A stretch of DNA of 63,460 bases, filler included, from Folioceros fuciformis (lineage: Eukaryota): the NCBI GenBank assembly GCA_049999805.1. It is 9 parts of 9 records of this genome, joined end to end, with 100 filler letters (N's around TTAATTAATTAA, not from the genome) between each part and the next. Parts side by side here need not be neighbours in the genome. Positions count along the whole stretch, not along the records: positions 36,512 to 38,050 come from JBNGIO010003447.1; positions 38,151 to 54,885 come from JBNGIO010003448.1; 7 more parts are not named here. One strand, given 5' to 3'. Position 1 is the first letter of the stretch, and each line of letters opens with the position of its first letter. This document shows positions 37,813-51,748 of this stretch, piece after piece. The position numbers and the translations under genes were made by a program. The notes under the pieces were generated by a model. It ran no database searches, was not told the origin of the DNA, and worked only from the letters and a program-made list of their open reading frames with translations.

Positions 37813-38150
37813 TTATTTGGCTTCACTGCATAATTCTTTGATGGAGTTGGGATGCGACTGACAATCCATCAGAAATTCTAGCTTTATTATAAATAGGGAT
37901 CCTTTCTATAGGACATCAATCCCTACGATTGTGGCTATAGTTACTAGCCATGGCTACCAGAAAATTTCTTGAATTTTAAAATGCAGAAACTCTACGTTGT
38001 TTGTTTTCTTTATTTGATATTTGACATATAATTTTGCCAGCCAGGCAGCTNNNNNNNNNNNNNNNNNNNNNNNNNNNNNNNNNNNNNNNNNNNNTTAATT
38101 AATTAANNNNNNNNNNNNNNNNNNNNNNNNNNNNNNNNNNNNNNNNNNNN

Positions 38151-38257
38151 AGTATGCTGCCGCTAGAGGAACTGGGCCTATCAGGGGTGGTGGTGGCGGC
38201 GGGGGATATGGTGGCGGTGCGTATGGTGGTGGTGGCGGCGGTTATGGTGATGGCTGA
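38151..38257 (+). CDS. C-terminal fragment of a glycine-rich (probably RRM) RNA-binding protein
   Basis: Reads YAAARGTGPIRGGGGGGGYGGGAYGGGGGGYGDG*. The upstream part is lost in the gap. Confidence 0.6.
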
Positions 38258-39918
38258 ATTCCAAGTACCAATTTTACTTGGTATGCCTGTCTTGTTCACT
38301 TCATGGATCGCCTACGAATCCTCCAAGAAGCGAGTTTGTCGGGCAACATCTGTGGGGTGTCTTCACCTACATTCCAAATCATGACCAATGAGGAGGAGAG
38401 GAAGGAGGTCGATTTGATATTGGAGTGTAAGAGGAGCTGCTTGCTTTCTTCAGAGACTTGTCAGCCCCAACCGATCCAGGAAGAACTTTTAACACCCTTT
38501 GTTATGAGATTTTAGCTGGCTGGGCGGAGTCTTCCCTGCAATATGAATGGCTGGCTGGCTTATTGGTTTGAGCAGCAACAGCGGCAGAGCTAGAGCAGTG
38601 TCAGAAATACGAATCCTGTAGCTTTAGGCTTTAGGCTTTTGGCATTATATTCTATCACTATATCGCACTGCGTATGTTTCGTACCGCTCCTGCATGACGG
38701 CCAAGGCCCACCATGTTGCTTCAACTAACGGTTGCTCTGCGTTGCTTGCAAGTTGAGAGAAGCGGAAATGAGGAGGATGAGGTTGAGGGTAACGTGGCTG
38801 CGATCGAGGCAGCGAGCGCATGACCTCGAATGCGATGAAACTTGGGCGGCTGGGGAGACGATGCACATGCGTGCCTCGCCTCTGCCTCTGCGTCTGCCTC
38901 GATACATGTTCACATGTCTTCACAGCATGGATGTACGTGGAGAGCCGGGAAAATGCATGACGCAGACCCATACCCATTCCACACCTGATGATGGGTCTAC
39001 ATCCGGAGGCGACCATGAAGGTGCGAGGTGTATGAGACACGCTTTGCGTCACAAACGCAAAACAGTGCTGCCTGCGTGGAGAAAGCAGATCTCCCCTCCC
39101 GGCCACTATGCTTCCTGGCTCCAGCTCGACCTATGATCAGCTATAGTGTAGCAGTAGAGTGGATCAAAGGTCCGCATCGACTGCGAGCGTCATCACTTGA
39201 AAACGCAAGAAAGCTGGCCAGGCTCCGCTCCTTTCTGCTCACAGGCCGCTGGCCAGAGACAGAGGCTAATAAAAACATGGTGGCAGAAGAACACACACCA
39301 GACTGCTCGTGAGAGGGAAAGCAGGAGCACTATCTAGTCCGTCCAGTGACGGGCCTGCAGGCAGTCCCAGTCCCAGTTCCATAGCCGGCGCCGCCCGGCT
39401 CGCAATCAGTTACCAGTACAAACAATGCAGGCAAGCCAAGGAGATCGCACTTTCTCATCCGCTCGTTGGCTTATGTGTGGGGCCTAGCTGTGGCAGGCAG
39501 GCCCAGGCCCCGGCCCTGGCCTTGCCCCTGGCGCTGCACCTGCAGCCAGGCCCTGGCCTGGCTCAGCTGGGACTGGGACGTCGCGTCGATCAATACGGCC
39601 AGCCCCATGTTCCACGCCTCCGCCCAAGGATTGCACTCCTCGGCGCGCTGCAATGGACGAGTAGGGTGGCGTTTTGATCACCAGGAGTTCAGGACATGGG
39701 TTGCGGAAGCAGCGGCCCGAGGGTATCTTCCGGTGTGGGCTGCCGGGATAAGGTGAAATACTGTCTCTTTACCCTGTCCTCTTTGCCTTTCATTCTTATC
39801 AATGGATCCAAAGATTCTCACTGGAGAGAATCCAGGCTTGGAAACAGTTTACATACTATGGTACAAGACGCGGAGCAAGCCTCGTTCCCCAGACACCGTA
39901 AAAGCATTGGGTGAGATT

Positions 39919-42900
39919 TCATCGTGCATCCATGGAAGAACTGGAGCCCCCCAAAAAGTAGTCGTTTGCAAAAGTGGTCCCAACTTCCCACGACGGGGTG
40001 GAAGACGTCGCCAGGGTCATGAGGGCCACCACCACTACCCGCATTGTGGGTCTCAGTTCTGGAACGTCCTTGGTGCACATTCCTGCCAGTTGGGCCATCT
40101 GTGATCCACCACAGGTCAGCCCGAGTCAGCTCCCTTACACTTTTTGCTGCAGAAACCAATACACTTGCTGCAGACACCAATACACTTGCTGCAGGGGCTA
40201 CCACAAGGGCTCACCTTCCACGCCGATTCTGGGGGGTAACTGTTGCCCAGGGCGGGGTCCATGACTGTCTTCAACTTCGCCCTCCCGTTTGCATCTTTCA
40301 ATACCTCGTCGAACTGTTGCACACCACCGGGCATGCTGCTCAGTATCGCTCATGCTTGGTACCAAGTGGCAAAAGAAAGAGACGACACAGGGAGGGAGCA
40401 TGGTGGCAAACCAAGGTGACAAGGCCTTTCTGCTCCTGTGAGGACGAGGACTTCGAGGACGTCGTGTCCACTCGTACTATAGCTTCCTTGGCAGATAGAA
40501 TCTCGAACAGCACCACACCGAAGGAGTAGACGTCCACCATAGGGGATACATCTCCAAAGCGAGCANNNNNNNNNNNNNNNNNNNNNNNNNNNNNNNNNNN
40601 NNNNNNNNNNNNNNNNNNNNNNNNNNNNNNNNNNNNNNNNNNNNNNNNNNNNNNNNNNNNNNNNNGCCTTACTCTGGGGACATGTAGCCGAATGTTCCTA
40701 CAAGCCTTGTGGGAAGTGTGAGTGACATGCTCCCCAGGCTTGACTCCGTTAACTTTGTCAGACCAAAGTCGGCAACCTGCAAACGCGACAGCATTGGAAC
40801 CACAAGGGTAGTCAGTACAAGTCTGGTAGGGTACAACAGTCACAGCAAGCCTTGACAACTTGCCTCTCACCTTGGCGTGAAAGTATTTATCGATGAGGAT
40901 GTTGCTAGATTTGACATCCCGGTGAATGTACGTCGGATTCGTGTGCTCATGGATGTATTCCAAGCCCCTTGCCGCATCCAGAGCTATTTGCACCCGCTGT
41001 GACCAGGTCAATGTCCCTGTGCATCAGCAACACAACAACGTTTCCAAATCACAACTACGGCCACCAGGATCGACCACATTGGTGAAGCGACAAGCAACAG
41101 AATTGTGCTCTAGTGTGTGCACGACGTAGGATACAAAAGATGGGGGGGAGGGTACAGTGGTGAGCACTCACCTTTCATCGATCCGTGCAAATGTTTGTCC
41201 AGTGTGCCATTCTCAACAAACTCGTAGATAAGAAATAAGGAATCCACTGTACAGTATCCCACCAGCTGAACCTGCAAACCGTTTGCCCAGCGCATGGTTA
41301 ACCCTGAAGGTGAGCGGAGTAGATGAGGATCAGCACATACTGCAAAGCTAAAATCATACCAGGTTACTGTGGTGCACATGTGTAAGCACTTGGAGCTCAG
41401 CCAAGAACTCCCTTGTTGCTTGCAAATTCATGCGTTTCACTGCTAGCTTCTGGAAGAGTCAAAAAACAGGGAATCAGCAAAAACGGAGCCCATGTGTATT
41501 GCTGTTACAAACGCAAGCAGTAATTAGCAACAACCCACAACTTGAAAAACAAACTACATCCTCACAAACAGAAGGGACAGTGGCCTTTGTGAAGCAGTAG
41601 GTTGCAACGGCAACAAGGAAGCAAGCAACACGCCAACAGTGCCACACCATGACGCTTGATGATGCTGTACGGGTTGCACTCTTCTAGTACCTGGCCTCGT
41701 AGCTCAGCCAAATAGACGGCTCCATACCCACCCTCCCCTATCTTTTTAGCAGCACTGAAATTATTGGTAGCTGCTGCAAGTTCCTCATAAGAAAATTCCA
41801 CAGATTTATAGTCGCCAAATTCTGAAAGCTCCCTTGACCTTAATGGTGGTCCATGTGATCCCGATCTTCCACTTGAGTCTGAGACTCGCGAGTTTGGTCC
41901 TAACAATCCGTCCCAGAAGCATGTTGCGGCAAATCAGATACAGGACGCTGCATTCAGACACTGCATGTCTGGTAACTCAAGATTTTAGTTATAGCACAAG
42001 AGAGCACGTCCTAACCTGATAGCATATGAACATCTGAAGAGTCCGCATGTGCTTCATGCACGTGGTTTACAGGCTTGACCGCACCTCCCAGTGGAAACCA
42101 GCCGCACCAGAAGCAAACCAACAAGACTGCCACAAGCATTACCAACCCAGCTCCTCCAGCAACCGCACCCACTATAATTCCTGTCCTGTAGTTACTTCCC
42201 CCGCTTCGATCTGCAAAAATCAACCACCCACCATGATACATCCATTCAAAAGCAAGAGTTAATCGGTGAAGATCCTTCACTGCTCCCCTCAGCCGATCCC
42301 GCTGCACCATGACAAAGGTTCCTTTGGAAACAGCTGCTGATCCATGTTCTACTTTTCTGCTCAGCTCCATGAGCAATTCCAAACACTATAAGCATCTTGG
42401 CGCCTTCACTCCAACAACCAGTGATCGTAGGAAAAACTGTAGGGGTTGATAAACTTACTGCACACATCCATCAGAACGAATACATCAGGACATCTTGGCT
42501 GAAAAACTGGGCTTGCACCATCAGAGCCAGTAACACCTTCCAGTACAACAGCGCAGCAATCCATGACGAAGTTGATCAGCTATAGCATAAGAGTTACATT
42601 CATGACCAAAACCAACTACATGATAAGGAGCCTACCTGATATATTTTGGAAAATGCTTGCTCTTGTCTGCACAGAGGCGACGATTCCAACAAGCACGTGA
42701 GCAAAGTCTTGAAACCGGAACCACACGAATATGAGATAGAGCCCCATATAGAGTTACATGAAAGTCATACGTCGCTCTGCAATGCGAAGAGTGCAAATCT
42801 TTACAGATCAAAGCACATTACCTGTAGCAGGTATGAACAAAATTGGACTGGCTTGCAAGTTTGACCAGTTAGTTCCTGGATTGAAGAACATTAGGTCGGA

Positions 42901-43446
42901 TTCGGAAACCCCATAGTTTGCGGCAAGAGACGCAATTGTGTCATTATACTTCACAGGATATGTCATGAACAAGCCATAATTCTGGTTTTGCGGACTACCG
43001 CATGAACAGTTCAGCGGAATTGTGACAGCTTGACCAGGCACAATGGAATCCCTATCCGAGATCTTAGTAGCTGCTATGATCCAGTCCACAGTTGTGAGGT
43101 TCTGGAAGCGTTGTGGGCTGTCTGCAATATAGGAAAGGCTGTCGCCTTCCGCTACCACATACGGGAAACGGTAGCTAAGCATTCCATCGGAGCAGCTGCA
43201 GGGAAATGGCACGTTTATGGTCTGGCCACTGGAAACGGTATCTATATTAGGGATGCCTGCATTGTATTCCACAATGAGGTCCGGAGAAATTCCCCCGAAC
43301 CTTGTCCCGATGATATCCAAAGTGGATCCCAGAGTTACCACATAGGAGGCCACGGCTTCGCAGCCTTCCTTGGGCACGCACACGGAATTGGCAGGAACAA
43401 TGTTTCCCATCCAACACCATGTCAGAAGCAGCAGCACAAACAACAT
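39919..43446 (-). CDS. CERK1: LysM receptor-like kinase, CERK1/LYK type (multi-exon)
   Basis: Signal peptide, three LysM modules separated by CSC motifs in one exon, [96 protein letters not shown]. Stop at 39919-39921. Upstream in-frame ATGs exist. Confidence 0.9.
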
Positions 43447-45333
43447 ATCCCGCGAGAACGATGATGATGAGCCTGCCCGAAGACCCACCATCACCCCTGC
43501 CCCGACGCTCCCCCGGTAAGCTGATAACGGGCTCCTGCTCCCTGTGATCCGCATGCAGCCCTGCATCCTGCATCCAGCTTCAGCAGCTGCATCCTCCTAC
43601 CAACGATCCACACCGCGGCTGCCAGCCCTTGTCTTGGTCAGAGGCGTCCGTGGGTGCATACCTTGTCCTTGTCCCTGTCCCTGCTGATGACTAAATCCGG
43701 GAAGACACAAATGTGCCAGAGAGACTCCACCTCGGGGGCACCTGCTACTCCCCTAGCTGGGGGCCCTCTTGTCACCTGCCTGGGCTTTGTTTTGAGGACG
43801 TTTTACTCTGATCTGCATTTACGCCTTGGCTAACCTCCACAGATAACAGCCTCGGTAGGCTCCAACTGGACATGCCCTGTAACAAGGGGCACGCATATGC
43901 ACACAGCACACTGGACTGTTTCTAGTGTGGGCCTCTCTGGCTGCTTGCCCCACAATTTCCTGCGACTCCCTCCACCCAAGAGTCGCGCGCACATTCTCAG
44001 CTGCAAACAAAATTCTTTTCTCTCTCTGCCAGGCTTTCCAGAGGGCAAAGTACACAACAGTAATGGCCATGCCCCTTCCCTAGCGCCCGGGAAGTTACAG
44101 AGTTACCAGCTCCCAGGTGAAGGCCATCATGTCCCACCACCGGGAATCGCTGTGCTGTGCCCACAAACATTGAATCATGAATGACGGGTGTGCGAGAGAA
44201 CTGTGGGTGGGGCTGGGGCTGACGATGACAGTGTGCCAACCGCAAATGCTTTTTGTAATGAATAGGAGCATTTGCAAGGTGCAACAGTTCAACACACATG
44301 GGTCCGATCATAGGCCTTGTGAGCTGGCCGGTGGAGCCTGTTCGCGGAATGGACCTGGAAGGCCTGTAAGCGAAGTGCTGGTGGGGTGTACACATGTTTA
44401 GACGACACACCCTCGATGTGCAACATGTGCTGATGAGTGTTTGTACCGCATCTGGCAGAAGCAGGCCATGAGTCATGACCCCTTTCCTTCCATGAAGCCT
44501 TCGCTGCTGCCGCCCTGACATGCCTGTGCCCTCCCTCTACTGTACTCCCCTCTTTCCTCTATCCGTTGCATCGTCATGCTGTGCTTGGCACTGTCCATGC
44601 CTGCACTTTTCTCTCTCATGCGCTGAGAGTGGTAATGAGATCGGCAGCTGCTCTGCGAATCGTACTCCTCGGCTTTTGTTGCTGTCCTATCCGCCAGATT
44701 TTCCTGCTTCTGCTTATAGCTTGCAGGAATGGAGGCTGCAGAGCGGAGCAGAGCCGGGAAGGGACGGGAAGGGAACGTGAAGTTTCTTTGCCTGCTCGAT
44801 TGCATGTTCTCGCTCTCATCAAGTTGATTGTATCCTGCCACGTTTGCAGTAATCTCCTTACCTTCCGAGACTCTATCTCCGCTGCTAGGTGCCTATACTG
44901 TGCTCGCCCTTCTCTTGCTCCGCTGTCGTACCGTCTCTCCTTTTCCCTCCAAGGGCTCGAGGGAGGCCAAACGGCCGCGCCCGGGTTGGCCTCGGTTTTC
45001 CTTTCTTGCAGTGCGCTGCTGCGTCTCGGCACGCGCTTGTGGGCAGTGACCGGAAGTAGCGTCTGATCAGATCTCGTCTCGCGATCAGTTTGATGGCAGG
45101 GCATGAACGGTATGTAGCCGTTCTTGTGACTGCGAGGTTAGGACAGGCTGGGAGCAGCGCGCACGCAATTGGGCTCCTTGCCTGCACGCGGCAATGGCTT
45201 AATGGTCTGGTTCCGGTTGCTGTCGAGCTCCGCAATCAGGAGACGAGGCAGCAGCCAAAGGAGGTAGTAGCTAGTCTTGTGTGACCAGTGTGCGAGGTGT
45301 GTTGTGTGACGCTGTAGGAAGTTGGGACATCAG

Positions 45334-46854
45334 ATGGAAGACATCTTCGAATTTGATGCACGCAGTCGTGTGGGCTCAGAGCCCGCCGGGGGAAGCTATG
45401 CAGCTGGGTGGCAGAGCCCTCGTATCTCCTTCTCGACGGGATTTGCAGACATGGGCCTGCAAGAGGTTCCCAGTTTATCGTGCAGTAGGGAAGAAAGCAG
45501 CGGCTGCGATGACGACTCGGAGGCCTCGGCCAAAAAGCAGGAGAAGGGGGAGGATCACTCGTCCGAGTTCGAGTTTTGTATCTTGGACGAATTCACGTGC
45601 GTATCCGAAGGATCTATGCTGCCAGCCGATGAGCTCTTCTACAAGGGCCAACTGCTGCCTTTGCAGCAGTCCAGGAGGTCGCTGATGGTGGAGCTGCTGT
45701 CCTCGTCCTCCTCTTTTTCTTCCTCGTCTTCATCGTCGTCTACGGATATCTCGTCAAAAGTAAGAAAGAGCAATCCTGCTGTACATTACAAGTCCGCCCC
45801 CTTTCCCTATCCCATTGTTTCGTCACCCCAGGCTGTTAGGTGCCCCCCTCAGGAGACTCCCCTCTCTTCCCCATTCCCGTATCCAATTGCCTCGTCCACA
45901 CAATCCGGTAACTCCTCTGTACCTAAATTGCCTGGGGTCTACTTGCCGCCAACCTCCAAGTGCCGGCGGTGCTCTATGTGGAAGGAGGTGCTGGGCTCCT
46001 TCAGGCGGGCGAACAAGGGTTCTGGACAGAAGCCGGGCCTGGATGCTGCCGTGGACGACTGTGACCATTCCTTCGTCGGCAAGTCTTCTTCTGGAAGCAA
46101 GAGGCCCAAGGTGTTGAGGATGTTGTTCAGAGGGAACGGACATGGCCATTGTCATGGACAGCAGTCTACTAAGGAGGAGCCAAATATGCCACAACAGCCT
46201 CTGGAAGACCACGAGCAAGGTCTGCTTGATGCAGGAGCGGAGTCCGGCTCTGACGTCTCTGGCAGCTTTAAAGCATCAATCAGCTGCAGCGATGGGCCAG
46301 GGGCAGGCAGAAGCCCATTTACTTCGGACGCTCCCTTGAGCATGCCCGATACTGTTCCGGTGGGGAGGTTGTTCGAGGCATGCCGGCCGTACAAGACTAG
46401 AGATGCAGGAGCAGGTGTGAGGGCCACCTGCAGTCCAGGGAGACGAAGCCCTGGCAGACTGAGCCCTGGCAGAGTTAGCCCAGGCAGGGTTAGCCCAGGC
46501 AGAGTAAGTCCGAGCAGAGTGTCTGTGAAGGTTGGAGACAGATTCGTGTCACGCCGAAGTGCTGCTGTGGGCAGAATCGTGCTCAAGAACTTGGAGAGGG
46601 TGAGCAGCCCCACCAAGCGAGGTATGGGCATGATGGACAGGGAGAACAGACAATCTGACAAGGCGGGCCTCTACACGGCGAGTGTGAAAGTCATGCCCGT
46701 GCTCAATGTGCCTGGTGTGTCCATCAAGCCGGCTCTCAGAGGTGCCAACGTCTCCTCCAAGTCCCGCATCACAGACCTCAAACAGCTCTTCACGAGGAAG
46801 GAGACGGCTCCGTCTCCCTCTGCTCCTTTGCTGGATCATGCCAAGACTTCCTGA
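45334..46854 (+). CDS. MAKR/BKI1-like Ser-rich intrinsically disordered protein, intronless
   Basis: SPRISFS, EFEF, MLPADELFYKGQLLPL, poly-Ser, WKEVL, VMPVLNVP motifs; SPGR repeats. Confidence 0.7.
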   Translation: MEDIFEFDARSRVGSEPAGGSYAAGWQSPRISFSTGFADMGLQEVPSLSCSREESSGCDDDSEASAKKQEKGEDHSSEFEFCILDEFTCVSEGSMLPADELFYKGQLLPLQQSRRSLMVELLSSSSSFSSSSSSSSTDISSKVRKSNPAVHYKSAPFPYPIVSSPQAVRCPPQETPLSSPFPYPIASSTQSGNSSVPKLPGVYLPPTSKCRRCSMWKEVLGSFRRANKGSGQKPGLDAAVDDCDHSFVGKSSSGSKRPKVLRMLFRGNGHGHCHGQQSTKEEPNMPQQPLEDHEQGLLDAGAESGSDVSGSFKASISCSDGPGAGRSPFTSDAPLSMPDTVPVGRLFEACRPYKTRDAGAGVRATCSPGRRSPGRLSPGRVSPGRVSPGRVSPSRVSVKVGDRFVSRRSAAVGRIVLKNLERVSSPTKRGMGMMDRENRQSDKAGLYTASVKVMPVLNVPGVSIKPALRGANVSSKSRITDLKQLFTRKETAPSPSAPLLDHAKTS

Positions 46855-47858
46855 CCTGGCCGCACTTGTATGTGTATGTATGCAGAATATGTAAATTTTG
46901 GTTTATTTCATCTCAAGAGGTGTGCAAAGCGATCATGCCATGCCAGAAAAATGCAGCACACTCTTCCCAAATGCTTGCGAGTGTGTCCTGGAGTAAGTTA
47001 CTCCAAAGCTCCATTACCACGTGTCTGTGGTTAAGAGCTGTGACGTGAGTACATACATACATGGCTTCATATGCGATTTTGTCCGTATCTCGTCTCTTCC
47101 TCTAGCCATAGGCTGTGGTCGCTTTCCGGTGGAGGCCTCCAATGGAAGGTGGCCAAATCCACACCGGTGGTTCCGTAATAATAAGGAGCAATGGTAGCTG
47201 AGCCTGACATCGTCATCTTCCCATAAGCAGCATGTCAGGCGCTGATGACATTCTCGGGAAACCGTGTCGTGCTCAAGCGCAGGCCATTGTCGGACTATAG
47301 AAAGGGCTAGTAGGCTATGCAGAGGCCGCCTAAACTGTCTTTCGGCTTCGAGATTCCAACTTAGGGTTAGGGCTGCCTGCCGGCTGCGCGCTTGGGGATC
47401 AGAACGGCGGCGCGTGGGAGCGGTTGATATCGTTGGCGCGAACTTTGCAAACATTAATGAGAGGCGTAGTAGCCGAGAATTGGCGCTTCGTCACTTGCGT
47501 GTCAGAAAAGAGGCATTATTCGCAAGGCTGTTGGTTGAAGTGCCGCGCGATCACGCAACGGCGGATTCCAGAATGCACTGGGAAGTTGCCTATTCGACTT
47601 GACATAGGGAGTTGGACGAGACATGACGGCAGGCATGGCCGTGAAGTGCATCACCAAAAGAGAAAAGTAGGCAACACGTCACGCTTCCCGGAGTTCCACC
47701 TCACATCCCGTCTCCTATGCGTGTACCGCAAATCTTTTAGCCAGCTGTTAGCACAATATTGCGAGACCGAGATTCACGTGTTTTTGGGACCGCGGCTGGC
47801 GCCCAGGAGCCGCCAGGTCGGTTCCTGAAATGCTTCCTACTTTTTCTTGCTGAAGTAT

Positions 47859-49594
47859 TCAGAACGCAGGAATTCGTGGTGTGGAAGGTTCGACCTTGGC
47901 CCTCTCCACCGGCTTGCTTGAGGTACCATAAACTATGAGGCGAGGAACAATTCTTCGGACGGCATCCACGGGGACGGCGAAGTTCACTCCCGAGGACATT
48001 CCTGATCCTGCATCGCACGTTCCCCACTTGCTTCCGGTTACATAAGTGTAGAGAATGGAAGGTTTGGGGGACGGCGTTAGCGTTGCGAGCAAGGAAACGT
48101 GAAAAGTACCTTGACGGGTGAAAGTTGCTGTGTTGATACCGATGGCCCGCCCGAACGAGTCCAGTAGGGGCCCTCCAGAGTTGCCTGCAAAAGTGACATA
48201 AGGTGGGCGCGAGTGACACCCGAAAGCATGACATCGGCAAGTATAAAGCACCCGCACCAGCATTAATGGCGGCATCGGTTTGAATGGCTCCTGGTATTGG
48301 CTGCCCAGATGGTGAGGGTATCTCCCTGCCTAGTCCACTCACAACCTGCCGAGTAGGGAAGGTGTGAGGAAAGGAGACAGCGATGTAATGCATGGTGGAA
48401 GGCACAGATGAGATGCGTACCCCGGTTGTGAGAGTATGCTCATAGCCGTAGGGGTTGCCAAGGGCATAGCAACTCTGTCCAACTCTCACATCCTCAGAGC
48501 TGCCCAAGGGAATAGGGCGCAACAGCTCCCCATTGGCTTCAATCTGTGATGAGATTAATAAACAGCTACGGTTATTACAATCGGAGATAAATGGATATTG
48601 ACATGAACCACGAATGCTGTGCGCGAGAGTAGAAAACGGTGGAATGAATCCCTCCTAACTAACCTTCAGCACAGCAAGATCCCGAGTTGAATCGATCCCT
48701 ATAAGCGTTGCCTCGAACGTTGACTCCTTGCCATCGGGGCCAAGAACTGAAACCTGCAGCGGAGATGGGATGAAACCTTGGACACGGACACATGCAGCGG
48801 ACAAGGGCTACTGAATTCGAGACATCTCACTTGAGAACGCTGCTTCCGAGAAGAATCGAGAGCAAGCTTTGCCACCACATGGTAGTTGGTAACCTGTCAA
48901 ACAGTATGTGAGGATGACTTGAACAAACACTCCACTAGCCGCTTTCAGAGAGATAACAGGTCGTCTTCCCAGCCACACAAAATTAACTCACGATGTGGCC
49001 GAATTTATCCCACACAAACCCTGACCCGATTCCTTCCACCTTAACGATCTCCTCTGCGCCGTTTTTGGGAGTCTCTACCGCCAAATCCTGGATGGACACC
49101 ACAGACCTAGTGGCATCCTGTCCCCTTCAAAACCACCAAAGCGATAGATGATGCGAGGGCGGGCAGAGTCCAGGAAGCATTACAAGCAGCTGCTGAGAAA
49201 TGAAATGCGCTACAAACGCAGACGCAACGCCTACCTGAAACAACTGCACCAGCCGCTCCTCGTCCTCGTCGAACTCGTCAGTATCTGGCTGCTCCAATTC
49301 CAATGCCCGCAGCCAGGGCACCTGTGCCCACGTCAGAGACGCAGCCGCAACCCCGAGCAACCATCTGCGCCCCGGATCCTGCCTCTGCCGGTGCCGGCTG
49401 CTGGAGCAGTGATCCCTTGCCGGCAGCTCGTCTCGACTCTCGGCAACGCAGCTCAGGGTTCTGCTCTCCCCAAATACACCCGACCCATTCCCGAATCTGA
49501 GTCCGCCGAATGCAGCCCCGCTGGCTCCATCATGCTTTTTCCGCACAGCACGCGAGTGTGGCAGGTGCCAAAGGTGAGGGCTGGTGAGCGCCAT
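47859..49594 (-). CDS. DEG5: Thylakoid-lumen Deg/HtrA protease without PDZ domain
   Basis: Transit peptide with twin-Arg (GRRWLLG); [56 protein letters not shown]. Ends right after the protease domain. Confidence 0.92.
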
Positions 49595-50236
49595 GGTCAG
49601 AGCTCGTCCCTCACAAGTCCACAGAAGTCATCGCCACACACAACAACGTTGCAAGCGTGGGAACTTGGACACAGTTGACGCGGTCGTGTTAGGTGATACG
49701 CAGTAGGTAGTCCAAGTGCTGGCTGGCCCTCGCGGAACGCAGTCAGCAAGGCAGCAATGGGCACGGAAGTTTCTCGATGCGCTTCCACCACCTTCCTCCC
49801 AGTGCGCACCTCCAGCACAACAGACCCAGATGCACATCCACATCCCTCCATAGCCGATGGCGAACCCATGCCCCAATCCCGTTCCGTTCCGTCCCGTAAT
49901 TAGTGCGACGAGTCCGCTACCTCGTAAGGCAAGAATCCAACGTCAATCCTTGACCAAACAGATTAGGCACAAGCACAAGCTTTGATTAGCTTTCTTCCAT
50001 TTCCGGATTGCTAACTATTAAGTGAATGAACTCAAATCACCGTTCCGAATATAGAAATAGAGACTTAAAAAATACTAAAATAGAATTAAAAACAACAATC
50101 TCTATATAAGAAGGAAGCTAAACGTACCACTGTTGTTATCACTAGATTAAAATATTGCTGCTCGATATTTTGAGAAAGCTCCTCCTACACAAAGCTTGTT
50201 CAATTATAGCGCTCATTCATCCTTGCTCTCCTTACC

Positions 50237-51315
50237 ATGGCAAACCATAGGGAAAGCGAATCAATTCATTGGATACAGTGGGAACTCCGTCTTCCCACTC
50301 TAGAAGGTGTCGACCAAGATATGGAGACGAATTCTGAATCAACTTCCACCATTTTGGAAGACCCACAACCACATATTCAACAGCAAATCTTACAAGGCAA
50401 TAACCAACCAAGCATTCATCACGCATCTAGCTCCTCGTCTTCGTCGCATCGATCAAGACCTCTACCCATCTTGCCTTCCGAACCAAGGATGATAGAGGAA
50501 ATGGTACACCTTGCTTTGGAGATAGAGGAAATGGTACACCTTGCTTCGGAGTTTGGAGATCAAAATTCAGAGAGTAGTTCGTCTTCAATCGTGACCTTCG
50601 AACTAAGGTCCGAGGAAGATCACTTGAGTCCCAGAAATAGTGTAGCATTGTACTTCATGGCATGAGTTTATGAGTTCTTGTACTTCACTTTGTGATGCAT
50701 GTGGCATGTAACTAATATGATATGTTATGTATGTTATTTTGCTTTTTTAGGCAACGCGTTAACATGATTGAAGATCCACAAGACTTTGATGATACACTTG
50801 CTTCGGAAGAAGATGATGGAGCTACTAGTGAGGTTATTGACATGGATGATGTTGAACCTCCTATGATCATCAACCTACTATCGACCAACATTCGTATTAC
50901 TGGAGTTCCCCTTGACGTCATTAGGGCACTACCAACCATGGTGATTGAACAATACATCTTAAACATTTCATTTAATTGCACTTAACATTGTTTTAGATTG
51001 TGGTTTGAATACAATTGTGTTCTTGTATAGAATGTTGGTACAACAAGTGAAATTTGTGTTGTGTGTCAAGAAGTGCTCACATCAAATGAAGACATTGTGA
51101 AACAACTCCCTTGTTCGCATTTATTTCATAGCAAGGTATGCCTTATATTTTCACTATCCATGTTTGCGTTAAGTTAATACATTGTTGCATAGTTTTTTTT
51201 TTTTTTTCTCTTTTATTCACTCAATATATTTTACTTGTATGTGCAGTGCATTACTGGATGGCTGCACTTAAAGGATTTCTGTCCACTTTGTAGAAAAGAT
51301 GTATGCAACGTGTAA
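50237..51315 (+). CDS. RING-H2 E3 ubiquitin ligase (4 exons), AT-rich
   Basis: GVPLDVIRALPT, CVVCQE..LPCSHLFHSK|CITGWL..CPLCR. A 30-bp duplication at 50491-50550 encodes IEEMVHLA twice. Confidence 0.8.
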
Positions 51316-51748
51316 ACATAACATGAAGTACACATCATGAAGATAATAATCTGTGATCATTTTTATATTAAAGAAGCATAAATTAATGCACATAACAGAC
51401 CCGTTAACTATGTTTATGCTGTAAAGTGTTCATGCTGTAAAAGTGCAGTGAGAAAGTGTGATGAAAAATAAAGATTAAGCACGGGTTTGTTCGTCACCAC
51501 CTGTCGCCAATACGTTCGGATCATTCGAAAGCGTGTCGGGGCACCTGCGAAAGCAAATCCCACAATCCTGGCACTTGTTTGCCTCTGCATACGGAGGTAC
51601 TCCCAGCTTCTCAGCGCAGTCTCCGGCCTCAGCTACGGGGTAGGCGTCTTGAGCCGCCTGATCCGGGAGCGGGCTTTGACAGACACTCAGTCCGCTTAGA
51701 TAATCCCGGGCAGTTGCAGTGATGCCGAGAGAGGTGACATGGAATATT

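Noticed and set aside
39309-39914. Short plus-strand ORFs downstream of the LysM kinase as a gene
   Set aside because: No recognisable domain and no convincing splice model.
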